Of a stretch of DNA of 38,055 bases, positions 1-7,657 are shown piece after piece. Where the stretch lies: the NCBI GenBank assembly GCA_035063585.1, contig JAPSGB010000042.1:1-38055 (forward strand). Reading direction: 5' to 3'. The notes beneath the pieces are model-generated. The model saw nothing but the letters and a program-made list of their open reading frames with translations, was not told the DNA's origin and made no database searches. Source of the stretch: Polyangiaceae bacterium. Lineage in GTDB: Bacteria > Myxococcota_A > Polyangia > Polyangiales > Polyangiaceae. Made by a program: the position numbers and the translations under genes. Positions within the stretch are counted from its first letter, which is position 1. Each line of letters starts with the position of its first letter.

Positions 1-121
1 AGAAGGAGCAGGACGCCGCCCGTCGCAAGAAGGAGCAGGACGCCGCCCGTCGCAAGAAGGAGCAGGACGCCGCCCGTCGCAAGAAGGAGCAGGACGCCGC
101 CCGTCGCAAGAAGGAGCAGGA
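1..121 (+). repeat. 27-bp coding tandem repeat (KKEQDAARR), 4 full copies plus a partial, cut by the window edge
   Basis: agaaggagcaggacgccgcccgtcgca at 1, 28, 55 and 82, with a partial copy at 109-121. Confidence 0.95.
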
Positions 122-1574
122 GCTCGCTGCCCGCCGCGCGGCGAAAGCCCGCGAGCAAGAGCGGGTGAGGCTCGAGAAGGAGCGCGCACGCGCCGCTCGT
201 GAGCGCGCCCGCGCTCGGGAAGCGGAGCAAGCCCGCAGGCTGGCCGAGCGGGCCGCGGCGGACCGGGCCCGAGAGGAGGCGCGCGCTCGCCAGAAGGCCG
301 AGCGCGACGCCGCGCGCGACGAGGCGCGCCGGCTCAAGGAAGAGGAGCGGCTCCGCCTGCAAGCCGAGCGCGACGCCGCGCGCGACGAGGCGCGCCGGCT
401 CAAGGAGGAGGAGCGCGCACGCCGCGAGGCCGAACGAGAAGCCTACCGCAAGGCCAAGGAGGTCGAGCGGGAGCGACTCCGCGCCGAGCGCGAGGCCGCG
501 CGCCGGGCGCTCGAGGGCCGTGTGGCGCGCGCCACGCGCCGCGCCCAGCGGGTCGCGGGCGTCGGCCGGAGCAGCACCACGCGAGTCTACCGGCCCGATG
601 CCATCCCTAATCAATCCGGCACCACCCGCCGGCTCGGCGATGGTGAGCCGCAGCAGCAGAACCGCTTCGCGAACCTGCGCGCGCCGGAGCCCTCGTCGCC
701 CGCAAACGCCGCGCCGGATGCGCTCGCGGACGCTGACCATCGGCCCCCGCTGTCCCCCGCGCCGGCGGCGTCGCCGCCCCCTCCGCCCGAGCCGTCGATA
801 CCGGACCGCTTCGACGAGCGCTACGCGCTCATCGAGGCGCGGCTCGCGAACGCCGATGAGTCATTCCGGAAGGCGTATGACGACAACTTCGACATGTCGT
901 GGATCCACCACGACAGCGCCCTCGAGGGCGTCGTCTACACCTTCCTCGAGCTGAAGACGGCGATCGATCCGGCGGTCAGCGTGGTCGCGGACTCCAGCCT
1001 CCAGCCGGTGTGCGCCGAGATCCGACGGCACAAGGCGGCCATCCAGCTGGTCCGCGAGCTGGGTGAGAAGAAGCGCGTCCCCCTCGGCGTCGACGTCATC
1101 AAGAAGATCTTCCTCGTCCTCCACCCGGAAGAAGGGGATCTGAAGAGCGTCAAGTATCGTAAGGACATCCCCCAACACCGCCTCTATTTCCACGAGTACG
1201 CCGCACCCGACAAGATCGCTTACAAGGTCCGTCAGGTCGTAGATTGGCTAAACGGGCCCGAGCCGAAGAAGGTCAAGAACCCGGTCCGTATCGCGGCGAG
1301 GGTTCACTACGACCTCCTGCGGGTGTTCCCCTTCGCGGTAGATAGCGGCAAGGTCGCACGCCTGCTCATGAACGTGCTGCTCCTTCGCGCCGGCTACCCG
1401 CCCGCCATCATCCACTCGACCGAGCGACAGCGCTATTACGAGGCCCTGAAGGGCTCGCTGCCGACCATCGTGTCGATGATGAACGAGGCCATCGGGAACG
1501 GGCTCGCGAGCGTGGAGAAGCTCCTCGACGAGCACGGGATCCGCGCGCCGAGCGAGCCCCCTCCCATCGGGTAG
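1..1574 (+). CDS. Fic-domain protein with long charged coiled-coil N-terminus (5'-partial; non-canonical Fic motif)
   Basis: The frame is open from position 3 (KEQDAARRK repeats) through the 165..1574 ORF. The C-terminal domain has HDSALEG (alpha-inhibitor-like SxxxEG), YRKD, and FPFAVDSGKVARLLMN, which aligns to the Fic HPFxxGNGRxxR motif, followed by GYPP...YYEAL. Confidence 0.8.
   Translation, partial: KEQDAARRKKEQDAARRKKEQDAARRKKEQDAARRKKEQELAARRAAKAREQERVRLEKERARAARERARAREAEQARRLAERAAADRAREEARARQKAERDAARDEARRLKEEERLRLQAERDAARDEARRLKEEERARREAEREAYRKAKEVERERLRAEREAARRALEGRVARATRRAQRVAGVGRSSTTRVYRPDAIPNQSGTTRRLGDGEPQQQNRFANLRAPEPSSPANAAPDALADADHRPPLSPAPAASPPPPPEPSIPDRFDERYALIEARLANADESFRKAYDDNFDMSWIHHDSALEGVVYTFLELKTAIDPAVSVVADSSLQPVCAEIRRHKAAIQLVRELGEKKRVPLGVDVIKKIFLVLHPEEGDLKSVKYRKDIPQHRLYFHEYAAPDKIAYKVRQVVDWLNGPEPKKVKNPVRIAARVHYDLLRVFPFAVDSGKVARLLMNVLLLRAGYPPAIIHSTERQRYYEALKGSLPTIVSMMNEAIGNGLASVEKLLDEHGIRAPSEPPPIG
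297..415 (+). repeat. Direct duplication with 66-bp period encoding AERDAARDEARRLKEEER twice
   Basis: Near-identical 53-nt blocks start at 297 and 363. Confidence 0.9.
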
Positions 1575-1616
1575 CGTGCCCGCACGGGCGAGCCGACCGC
1601 GCAGACCGGGACCGGG

Positions 1617-3026
1617 CTACGGCGTGGCGATCGAGTCCCACCCGGTCGCGAGCGCCAGCTTGGCGATCGCCAGGTCGTAGTCGTAAGTCGCGCTCATCTG
1701 GGCGAAGCGCTTGAGCGCGTACTCCTTGGCCGGGTCGACGATATCCTCGTCCTCGAACGTCCCGACGTCGATTCCCTGTTGCACCTTGATGAGCCACTGG
1801 CGCGCGTAACCGGTCGCGCGCGTGTAGGCGTCGAGCCGGCGGGCGGCGTCCTCGGCCTCGGCGAACGCTTGCTCGACCTCCACGGCCACGCCACCGAGCG
1901 CGTAGCGTTCGGTGGCCCGCGTCTCTTCGAGCTGGGCCTGCGCCTGCGCGAGCCGCGCCGACTGCGGCAGGAAGTCGAGCTTCCACCTCATGACCAGCGC
2001 TGCTCCGTACCTGAGGTAGTTGCCGCTATCGAGGACGTAGGGGTTCGTCTGATCGGTCACCTCCGGCGCACGCGCCCAGCGCGCGTTCAAGCCGAGCGCA
2101 AGATCCGGGTAATAGCGCGCGCGCTCCATTTCGACCTGGGCTTGCCGCGCCACCACGCCGGCCCGAGCCATGTTGATCTCGGGCCGAAATAGCCTCGCAG
2201 CCTGCAGGTAGCGAGCCAGCGGCGCGAGCGCGTGCGGGTTGCGACGGAGCGGCACGTCCGGGATGTCGAAGGCGCCCCGAACTCCGGTGAGGAAGCGGAG
2301 CCCCGCGAGCGCGATCGCCTCCTGACGGGTCACCTCGCTGTCACGAGCGTCGATCTCGGCCCGGTACATCTTGAGCTTCAGGAGCTCGATGTCGTCTCCG
2401 TCGCCCTCCTCGACCTTCTTCTCGAGGCGGCCGAGGTACTTGTCGATGCGCTCTGCTGCGTCGCGGAGGAGGATGCGAGTGTCGCGGGCGAGCTGGATCC
2501 CGTAGAACGCCTGGCGAACCGAGAGCTTGACTGCGTTCGCCTCCTTCTTGACCTCGTGCTCGCCCACCGCGACCTGCGCCGACGCGGCGTCCCACAGGTT
2601 CGAGATCTTCCCGAACGTCCAGAGCGGGACGGTGCCGTCGATGCCGACTTGCCAAGCGAGCGCCATGTTGGACGTCAAGGCGACGTCGGTGTTGGGGCTA
2701 TAGACGTTGGTGCCCCGGACGGTCGGTGCCAGACCGACTCCGCCGGTGATGCTGAACTCGCTGAACGGCGCCGTGCGCGCCTCGAACTGCTGCGCCCGCT
2801 TGTAGTCGAGGCGCGCGCGCGCCGCGTGGATCTTCGGGTAGTTCTGCTCCGCGAGCGCGAGACAGCGGGCGAGCGTGTACTCGCTCCGAGGACGGACCGC
2901 GACCGCCGGGGCCCCGGGGGCCCCCGGCCGGGCCGCCTGACCCTCGGGCGCCGGCTCCGCCACACCGAGCCCCGGCCAGCCGAAGACCAGCGCGGCGAGC
3001 AGCAGAGCGGGGAGCTTCACGCGCAT
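1617..3026 (-). CDS. TolC/outer-membrane efflux protein family
   Basis: Signal peptide followed by two OEP-like repeats (LALAEQNYP...VPLWTFGK; RPEINMAR...YYPDLAL) and the ending AIAKLALATG. Confidence 0.85.
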   Translation of the reverse strand: MRVKLPALLLAALVFGWPGLGVAEPAPEGQAARPGAPGAPAVAVRPRSEYTLARCLALAEQNYPKIHAARARLDYKRAQQFEARTAPFSEFSITGGVGLAPTVRGTNVYSPNTDVALTSNMALAWQVGIDGTVPLWTFGKISNLWDAASAQVAVGEHEVKKEANAVKLSVRQAFYGIQLARDTRILLRDAAERIDKYLGRLEKKVEEGDGDDIELLKLKMYRAEIDARDSEVTRQEAIALAGLRFLTGVRGAFDIPDVPLRRNPHALAPLARYLQAARLFRPEINMARAGVVARQAQVEMERARYYPDLALGLNARWARAPEVTDQTNPYVLDSGNYLRYGAALVMRWKLDFLPQSARLAQAQAQLEETRATERYALGGVAVEVEQAFAEAEDAARRLDAYTRATGYARQWLIKVQQGIDVGTFEDEDIVDPAKEYALKRFAQMSATYDYDLAIAKLALATGWDSIATP

Positions 3027-3047
3027 TTTTCCGCGAGCCTAGTGCCG

Positions 3048-3072
3048 GAAACCGGAAGAATCATCCGGTTTC
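3048..3072. promoter_or_regulatory. Perfect 9-bp inverted repeat GAAACCGGA-N7-TCCGGTTTC upstream of the tolC-like gene
   Basis: Seen directly, about 22 nt upstream of the tolC ATG and next to a minus-strand TAGGCT (-10-like) at 3041-3036. Confidence 0.45.
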
Positions 3073-3113
3073 GCCCGCCGCCCCGGTGAGCGCGAGCCCG
3101 GCGGCGCGGGCCG

Positions 3114-4286
3114 TCACTCCGGCCCGCGGCGGCCGGGAGGCCTCTCCGAACCCGTCCCGTGCCCGCGCGACCGCGCCGGCCGCGTGGAACCCGGTGGCCG
3201 GTTGGACGGCGCGCGCGCACGCTCGGAGTCGCGCTTCGGGGAGCTCACCGCGCTGCTCCCGCTCTTCGGTGAGCCCATCACCGGCGTGTAGACGTACCCC
3301 TGCTGCTGAAACACGCAGATCCGGTTACCCCCATCACGCTTGGCTTGGTGTAGCGCCGCATCGGCGCCGCGTAGGAGCGCATCCTTCGTCCTTACGTCGC
3401 GAGACGGAAACAGCGCGACGCCCATCGACAAGCTCGCCTGGACGACCGCTCCGCCGGAGGTGAGGATGGGCCGCTCGGACACCTCGCGCCAGATCCGCTC
3501 GGCGACCGTGACCGACCCTGCGAAATGCGTGCTCGGCAGCACGACGAGGAATTCGTCACCGCCGAATCGCGCCACCACATCGACCTCGCGCACGCTCTTA
3601 CGCACCACCTCGGCGATCGCCTTGATGAGCTCGTCCCCCAAGGCGCGCCCCGACTGCTCGTTGATGGCCTGGAGCTGATCGACGTCGATGACGAAGCAGG
3701 CGAGCGGCTCGTGATATCGCTCGGAGCGCTTGAACTCCTCGCTCAAACGGCTGTGAAGGTACCGGTAATTGTAGAGGCCGGTGAGCTCATCGTGGACGCT
3801 GAGCTGCTCGAGCTTCGCGCGCGCGGCCACCACGTGATCGTTGAGCTTCTTGATCCGGAGCATCGCCTCGACGCGCGCGAGGAGCTCGTTCTCGTCGAAG
3901 GGCTTGCACACATAGTCGTCGGCGCCGATCTTGAGCCCCTCGACCCGGCTCGCGGTGTCCGTCTTCACGGTCATGAGCACCACCGGGAGGAAGGCGTCGC
4001 TGGTCATCGCCTTGAGTAGCCGGCAGGCCTCGAGCCCGCTCAGCCGCGGCATCAGGATGTCGAGGAGCACGAGATCGACCCCGCCGCGACCCACGCGCTC
4101 GACCGCCTGCTGGCCGTCAGCGACCGCCTCGACGATGAAGCCATGGCGCCGGAGCATCTCGGCGAGGAGCTCACGGGTGATGCGGTCGTCGTCCGCCACC
4201 ACGATCGTCGCGCCGGCCACCGAGCGAGACGGAGGCGGCGTCGAGCCGCGCTCATCACCCGCCCCCGGTCGCCCGCTCTCCGTCAC
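3114..4286 (-). CDS. Response regulator diguanylate cyclase (REC-GGDEF)
   Basis: REC motifs VADDD, LLDILMP and GADDYVCKPF, then DELTGLYN, I-site REVD and ARFGGDEF, and AKRDGGNR. Confidence 0.92.
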   Translation of the reverse strand: MTESGRPGAGDERGSTPPPSRSVAGATIVVADDDRITRELLAEMLRRHGFIVEAVADGQQAVERVGRGGVDLVLLDILMPRLSGLEACRLLKAMTSDAFLPVVLMTVKTDTASRVEGLKIGADDYVCKPFDENELLARVEAMLRIKKLNDHVVAARAKLEQLSVHDELTGLYNYRYLHSRLSEEFKRSERYHEPLACFVIDVDQLQAINEQSGRALGDELIKAIAEVVRKSVREVDVVARFGGDEFLVVLPSTHFAGSVTVAERIWREVSERPILTSGGAVVQASLSMGVALFPSRDVRTKDALLRGADAALHQAKRDGGNRICVFQQQGYVYTPVMGSPKSGSSAVSSPKRDSERARAPSNRPPGSTRPARSRGHGTGSERPPGRRGPE

Positions 4287-4340
4287 TCGCGCAGCGTACC
4301 CGAACCGACGCGGGCGCGCGACCGCGCGCCCCGCGCCGCC

Positions 4341-5609
4341 TCAGAACGCGCCAAACGGGCTGTTTCCGCCGAACGCGACCGGAGGCGCGCTCGCGGCGGG
4401 CTTGGCGGTCGCGCTCTTGCTCTTCTGACCTGCCGCGAGCTTGTAGATCTCGTCGAGGTTCGCGGTGATCGTGAAGAAGAAGCGCGCGTCGGGGCTCCAG
4501 AGCGGGCTCCGTCGCGTCCCGTCGGGGCCGACCTGGCTCGTCGCGTTGTAATACCCGAGGGCGAGCGCCACCTCGTCGAACAAGTCGTAGTCGACTTCGG
4601 CGGTGAGCCAGGGCATGACTCGGTGACGGGTCGGGCTGTCGATCCCCGCCGGAGTCGCGGTGCCGGTCGCGGTCGTGACGTCGGCTGGCTGGGACCCGAC
4701 GTCGTGCGTCCACTGGAGGATCCACACGTAGCTCAAGCCGAGCGTGAGCTTATCGGTGATGGAGGTGTCCGCGCCGAGGACCGCGGTCACTTGGTGGCTC
4801 ACCATGGCGCCGCCCGAGAGCTGATCGGACAGAAGCGTCCGCCCGCCGGTATCCTGACGCGTGTACTCGAAGCTCGAGTTGCAGGCCGTCGTGCAGCGGT
4901 CGAGCGCCTTCATGTAGAACGCGCTGCCGGTAAAGGAGATCGACGGGAAGAAATCCGCGGTCGGCCCGGCGAGCGGCACCGTCTGATTGAGGCCGCCACC
5001 CGCGCCGAGCTGCATGACCATGCCGCGACCGCGACTCGCCTTCGAGGTCCCGAAGATGAACCGCGGCCCGAGTTGGAGCGCGGTCAGGTAGCCGGCTTTC
5101 TTGTCGACGTAGAGCTTGTGCCCCCACACGCCGTTCAGCCAGACGTCACCGAAGAGCGGCTCGCGCTCGCGCGTGGTGGAGTCCGAGTTGGTGAGCTCCT
5201 GATAGAGATCGAAGCGCGCGTTGACGTTCACCGAGTCGGTGTCGTCGTCGTAGAGGTAGTAGCGCGGGCGAAGCGACCAGCTCATCTCGTAGGTCGGATC
5301 TCGGCTCAGGTAGTCCGCACCGACGCCGAGCTCCTGCGTGTTGAGCGATTGATCGAGCGAGAACGTCGTACCGCGCCAGGCGAGCTTCTCGGGCTGCTTC
5401 GCCCCGCCCTGCCCGCCGCCGGGCTGCGCGCCGGTGTCGGCCTGCGCCGACCATCCCTGCGTCGCCGCCACGTCCGGATCCGCCGAGGGCGACTCGGCGG
5501 CCGCTGCCCCGCTCGGCTCCGCGCCCTCCTGCGCGCGAGCCGCGGACGACGAGAAGACCATGGCCGCGCCGAGCGCGAGCCCTACTCCGAACCAGCTTCG
5601 ACGCATCAT
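4341..5609 (-). CDS. Secreted hypothetical protein, probable outer-membrane beta-barrel
   Basis: Sec signal (MMRRSWFGVGLALGAAMVFSSSAARA) and many amphipathic beta-strand-like segments with aromatic ends. No family recognised. Confidence 0.6.
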   Translation of the reverse strand: MMRRSWFGVGLALGAAMVFSSSAARAQEGAEPSGAAAAESPSADPDVAATQGWSAQADTGAQPGGGQGGAKQPEKLAWRGTTFSLDQSLNTQELGVGADYLSRDPTYEMSWSLRPRYYLYDDDTDSVNVNARFDLYQELTNSDSTTREREPLFGDVWLNGVWGHKLYVDKKAGYLTALQLGPRFIFGTSKASRGRGMVMQLGAGGGLNQTVPLAGPTADFFPSISFTGSAFYMKALDRCTTACNSSFEYTRQDTGGRTLLSDQLSGGAMVSHQVTAVLGADTSITDKLTLGLSYVWILQWTHDVGSQPADVTTATGTATPAGIDSPTRHRVMPWLTAEVDYDLFDEVALALGYYNATSQVGPDGTRRSPLWSPDARFFFTITANLDEIYKLAAGQKSKSATAKPAASAPPVAFGGNSPFGAF

Positions 5610-5689
5610 CGATTCCTTCGCCTATCCCTTGTGATCGCTCGGCCGCTCGCGACGGGAGCGCATCCAGCCACACGCCGGAGAGCACTGCA

Positions 5690-5705
5690 AGCATGATCCG
5701 TTCCC
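5690..5705 (-). promoter_or_regulatory. Putative sigma-54 promoter GGGAACGGATCATGCT
   Basis: GG-N10-GC spacing about 80 nt upstream of the 5609 start, with an unusually AT-rich tract at about 5718-5750 just upstream (possible IHF/bending site). Confidence 0.45.
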
Positions 5706-5886
5706 GCGCCTGACCGGCAAACAAACCCAGGCAACCATAGAATATTTTCAGGTCGCCTCGGGAGTCGTCAGGGCGCTTACGGCGGATCGGGCGCGCCCGC
5801 CGTCGCGATGCTGACGCCGCGACCCGTCGAGCCCGGCCGGGCGAGGCGTCGATTGATGATCGGCCGGCCTCGGCTAGGATGCCCCC

Positions 5887-6243
5887 ATGGACCCTGCGCT
5901 GCCCGCCACCGAAATCACCGCGCTGCTCGGGCGCGGCACGCGCTTCGAGGGCAAGCTCTACTTCGAGGGGCGGGTCCGCATCGACGGCTGCTTCAAGGGC
6001 GAAATAGCGAGCCCGGACATCCTCATCATCGGGGAAGGCGCGGAAATCGACGCGGAAATCCAGGCGGGCACCGTGATCATCAAGGGTGGCACCGTCCAGG
6101 GCAACGTGCGCGCCTCGACCGCGATCGAGCTCTACGTCCCGGCGCGAGTGACCGGCGATCTGCGCTCACCCGAGATCTTCATGGACAAGGGGGTCCAGTT
6201 CTCCGGAAACTGCACCATGGCGCCGCTGGAGGATGCCGGCTGA
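5887..6243 (+). CDS. Bactofilin (polymer-forming cytoskeletal protein, CcmA/DUF583)
   Basis: LLGRGTRFEGKLYFEGRVRIDGCFKGEI...IGEGAEIDAEI...VQGNV...GVQFSGNCTM matches the bactofilin beta-helix pattern. Confidence 0.92.
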   Translation: MDPALPATEITALLGRGTRFEGKLYFEGRVRIDGCFKGEIASPDILIIGEGAEIDAEIQAGTVIIKGGTVQGNVRASTAIELYVPARVTGDLRSPEIFMDKGVQFSGNCTMAPLEDAG

Positions 6244-6389
6244 CGGGCCGGTCGGCTCGAAGGTGGGGTGGCGCTGTCACAGAGCTGTAACCAGCAGTCC
6301 GCACCTCGGGCGACGAAGAGAACCCCGGGCTCCGGCGTATAACCTCTGGAGCTCAGCAATTCAGCGCTTCCTCCGCCGCTCGCGCAGGG

Positions 6390-6405
6390 CGGCACGGAGC
6401 CTGCA
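6390..6405 (+). promoter_or_regulatory. Putative sigma-54 promoter CGGCACGGAGCCTGCA
   Basis: Close match to TGGCACG-N4-TTGCW with exact GG-N10-GC spacing, 36 nt before the next start. A GGAGG Shine-Dalgarno sits at 6432-6436. Confidence 0.6.
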
Positions 6406-6441
6406 AGAGTCCCGGACACCCCCACGCTCCCGGAGGAACCC

Positions 6442-7065
6442 GTGATGAAGCCCAACGTTCGCTCGCTACTCCCGCTGGTCGCCCTGCTCAGCCTCCCGCT
6501 CGCGAGCCCGAGCGTCGCGTGGGCCAAGGAGACGGCCGAGTCCAAGCGACTCATGAAGCTCCGTGACTCGGAGCGCTACGAGGTCGCAAAGCCGAAGGTG
6601 AGCATCAAAGCGGGCGGCGCGCGCATCACGGTGAAGGCGCCACGCGACGCGGTCGAGAAGATCGTGCTCGATTTTCGCCACTACGAGAAATTCATCTCGC
6701 GCTTCGAAAAATCGAAGGTCGTCGGCCGCGACGGCGACAAGACGGACGTCTATCTCGAGGTGCCGATCCTGAAGGGCGCCGCGAAGATCTGGGCGGTCGT
6801 GCGCTTCGAGCCGCCGAAGCAACTCGACGACGACACCAAGATCGTGGTGGGCCGAATGGTCAAGGGAAATGTAAAGCGTCTCGACGCCGAGTGGCGCATC
6901 ATGCGTATCGACGATGAGAACACCCAGCTCAACCTCGAGCTCTTGATCGTGCCGACGCTGCCCGTCCCAGGTTCGATGGTCACCGGCGAGGTCGCCTACG
7001 CGGCGGACACGGCGGTCACCGGCTCGCGAAACCGCGCTGAGAAAGCGCAGTCGAAGGCCAAGTGA
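6442..7065 (+). CDS. Secreted SRPBCC/START-like (polyketide cyclase/dehydrase fold) protein
   Basis: Signal peptide, then ITVKAPRDAVEKIVLDFRHYEKFISRFEKSKVV and GNVKRLDAEWRI, typical of the Polyketide_cyc/RatA-like fold. Confidence 0.7.
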   Translation: MMKPNVRSLLPLVALLSLPLASPSVAWAKETAESKRLMKLRDSERYEVAKPKVSIKAGGARITVKAPRDAVEKIVLDFRHYEKFISRFEKSKVVGRDGDKTDVYLEVPILKGAAKIWAVVRFEPPKQLDDDTKIVVGRMVKGNVKRLDAEWRIMRIDDENTQLNLELLIVPTLPVPGSMVTGEVAYAADTAVTGSRNRAEKAQSKAK

Positions 7066-7631
7066 GCGCGCGCGCCGCCGCGGCGCTCCTCATCGTGACG
7101 GCGTGTAACCCCACCCCGCCGGCGGGCCCCCGCGGGGGCGAGGCGCCGGCGGCGGCCTCGCCGCGCGCCGCGGCAGCCGCGGCTCCCTCTGCGCCGCCCA
7201 GCGCCTCGACCGAGCCGCTCCCCGCGCTCTTGCCCGATGGTTGTTGGTCCGGAGCGGAACCGCACGGCGAGGCGAGCGCGGCGCTCGACGCGCTCGCAGC
7301 GGCGTGTATCGGCGGGATGGAGCCGCTCGCGGGAGCGCGGGCCACCTTCAGGCTCGGCGAGGGCGAGAGCCGCACGACGAGCTTCACGCTCGCGGACGAG
7401 TCGCGCTGCGTGCGCGTCGCTGCCGCCGCCGGCCCGGGCGTGCACGAGCTCACCCTCGCGGTCACGGGGGCGAGCGGCCGAGCGCTCGGCGCGAGCGCGC
7501 TGCGAGCCTCGTTCGCGCTGATGCGCGAGGCCGGGCCGCTCTGCCTCGACGCGCCCGGCGAGTACCGCGCGACCGCCCGCGTCACGCGCGGTGCGGGCGA
7601 GGTGGCGCTCGGCGTGTGGCAGGCGCGCTGA
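7062..7631 (+). CDS. Hypothetical lipoprotein
   Basis: GTGA overlap with the upstream stop, lipobox LIVTAC, Pro/Ala linker, and a Cys-containing beta-rich C-terminal domain. Confidence 0.7.
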   Translation: MSARAAAALLIVTACNPTPPAGPRGGEAPAAASPRAAAAAAPSAPPSASTEPLPALLPDGCWSGAEPHGEASAALDALAAACIGGMEPLAGARATFRLGEGESRTTSFTLADESRCVRVAAAAGPGVHELTLAVTGASGRALGASALRASFALMREAGPLCLDAPGEYRATARVTRGAGEVALGVWQAR

Positions 7632-7657
7632 GCGGTCCCCGGCCGCGCCTCGCCCGC

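Noticed and set aside
1..121. Terminal repeats (here and at 37899-38055) as a CRISPR array
   Set aside because: The units are head-to-tail with no spacers, are multiples of 3 inside reading frames, and there are no cas genes.
1..1616. Fic gene as the toxin of a toxin-antitoxin or defence module
   Set aside because: The catalytic motif is degenerate, an inhibitory-helix-like motif is in cis, and no antitoxin or defence neighbours are visible. The upstream context lies outside the window.
6244..6441. Riboswitch or ncRNA in the bactofilin-SRPBCC intergenic region
   Set aside because: No recognisable aptamer consensus by eye, and the region is better explained by promoter elements. An Rfam/Infernal scan would settle it.
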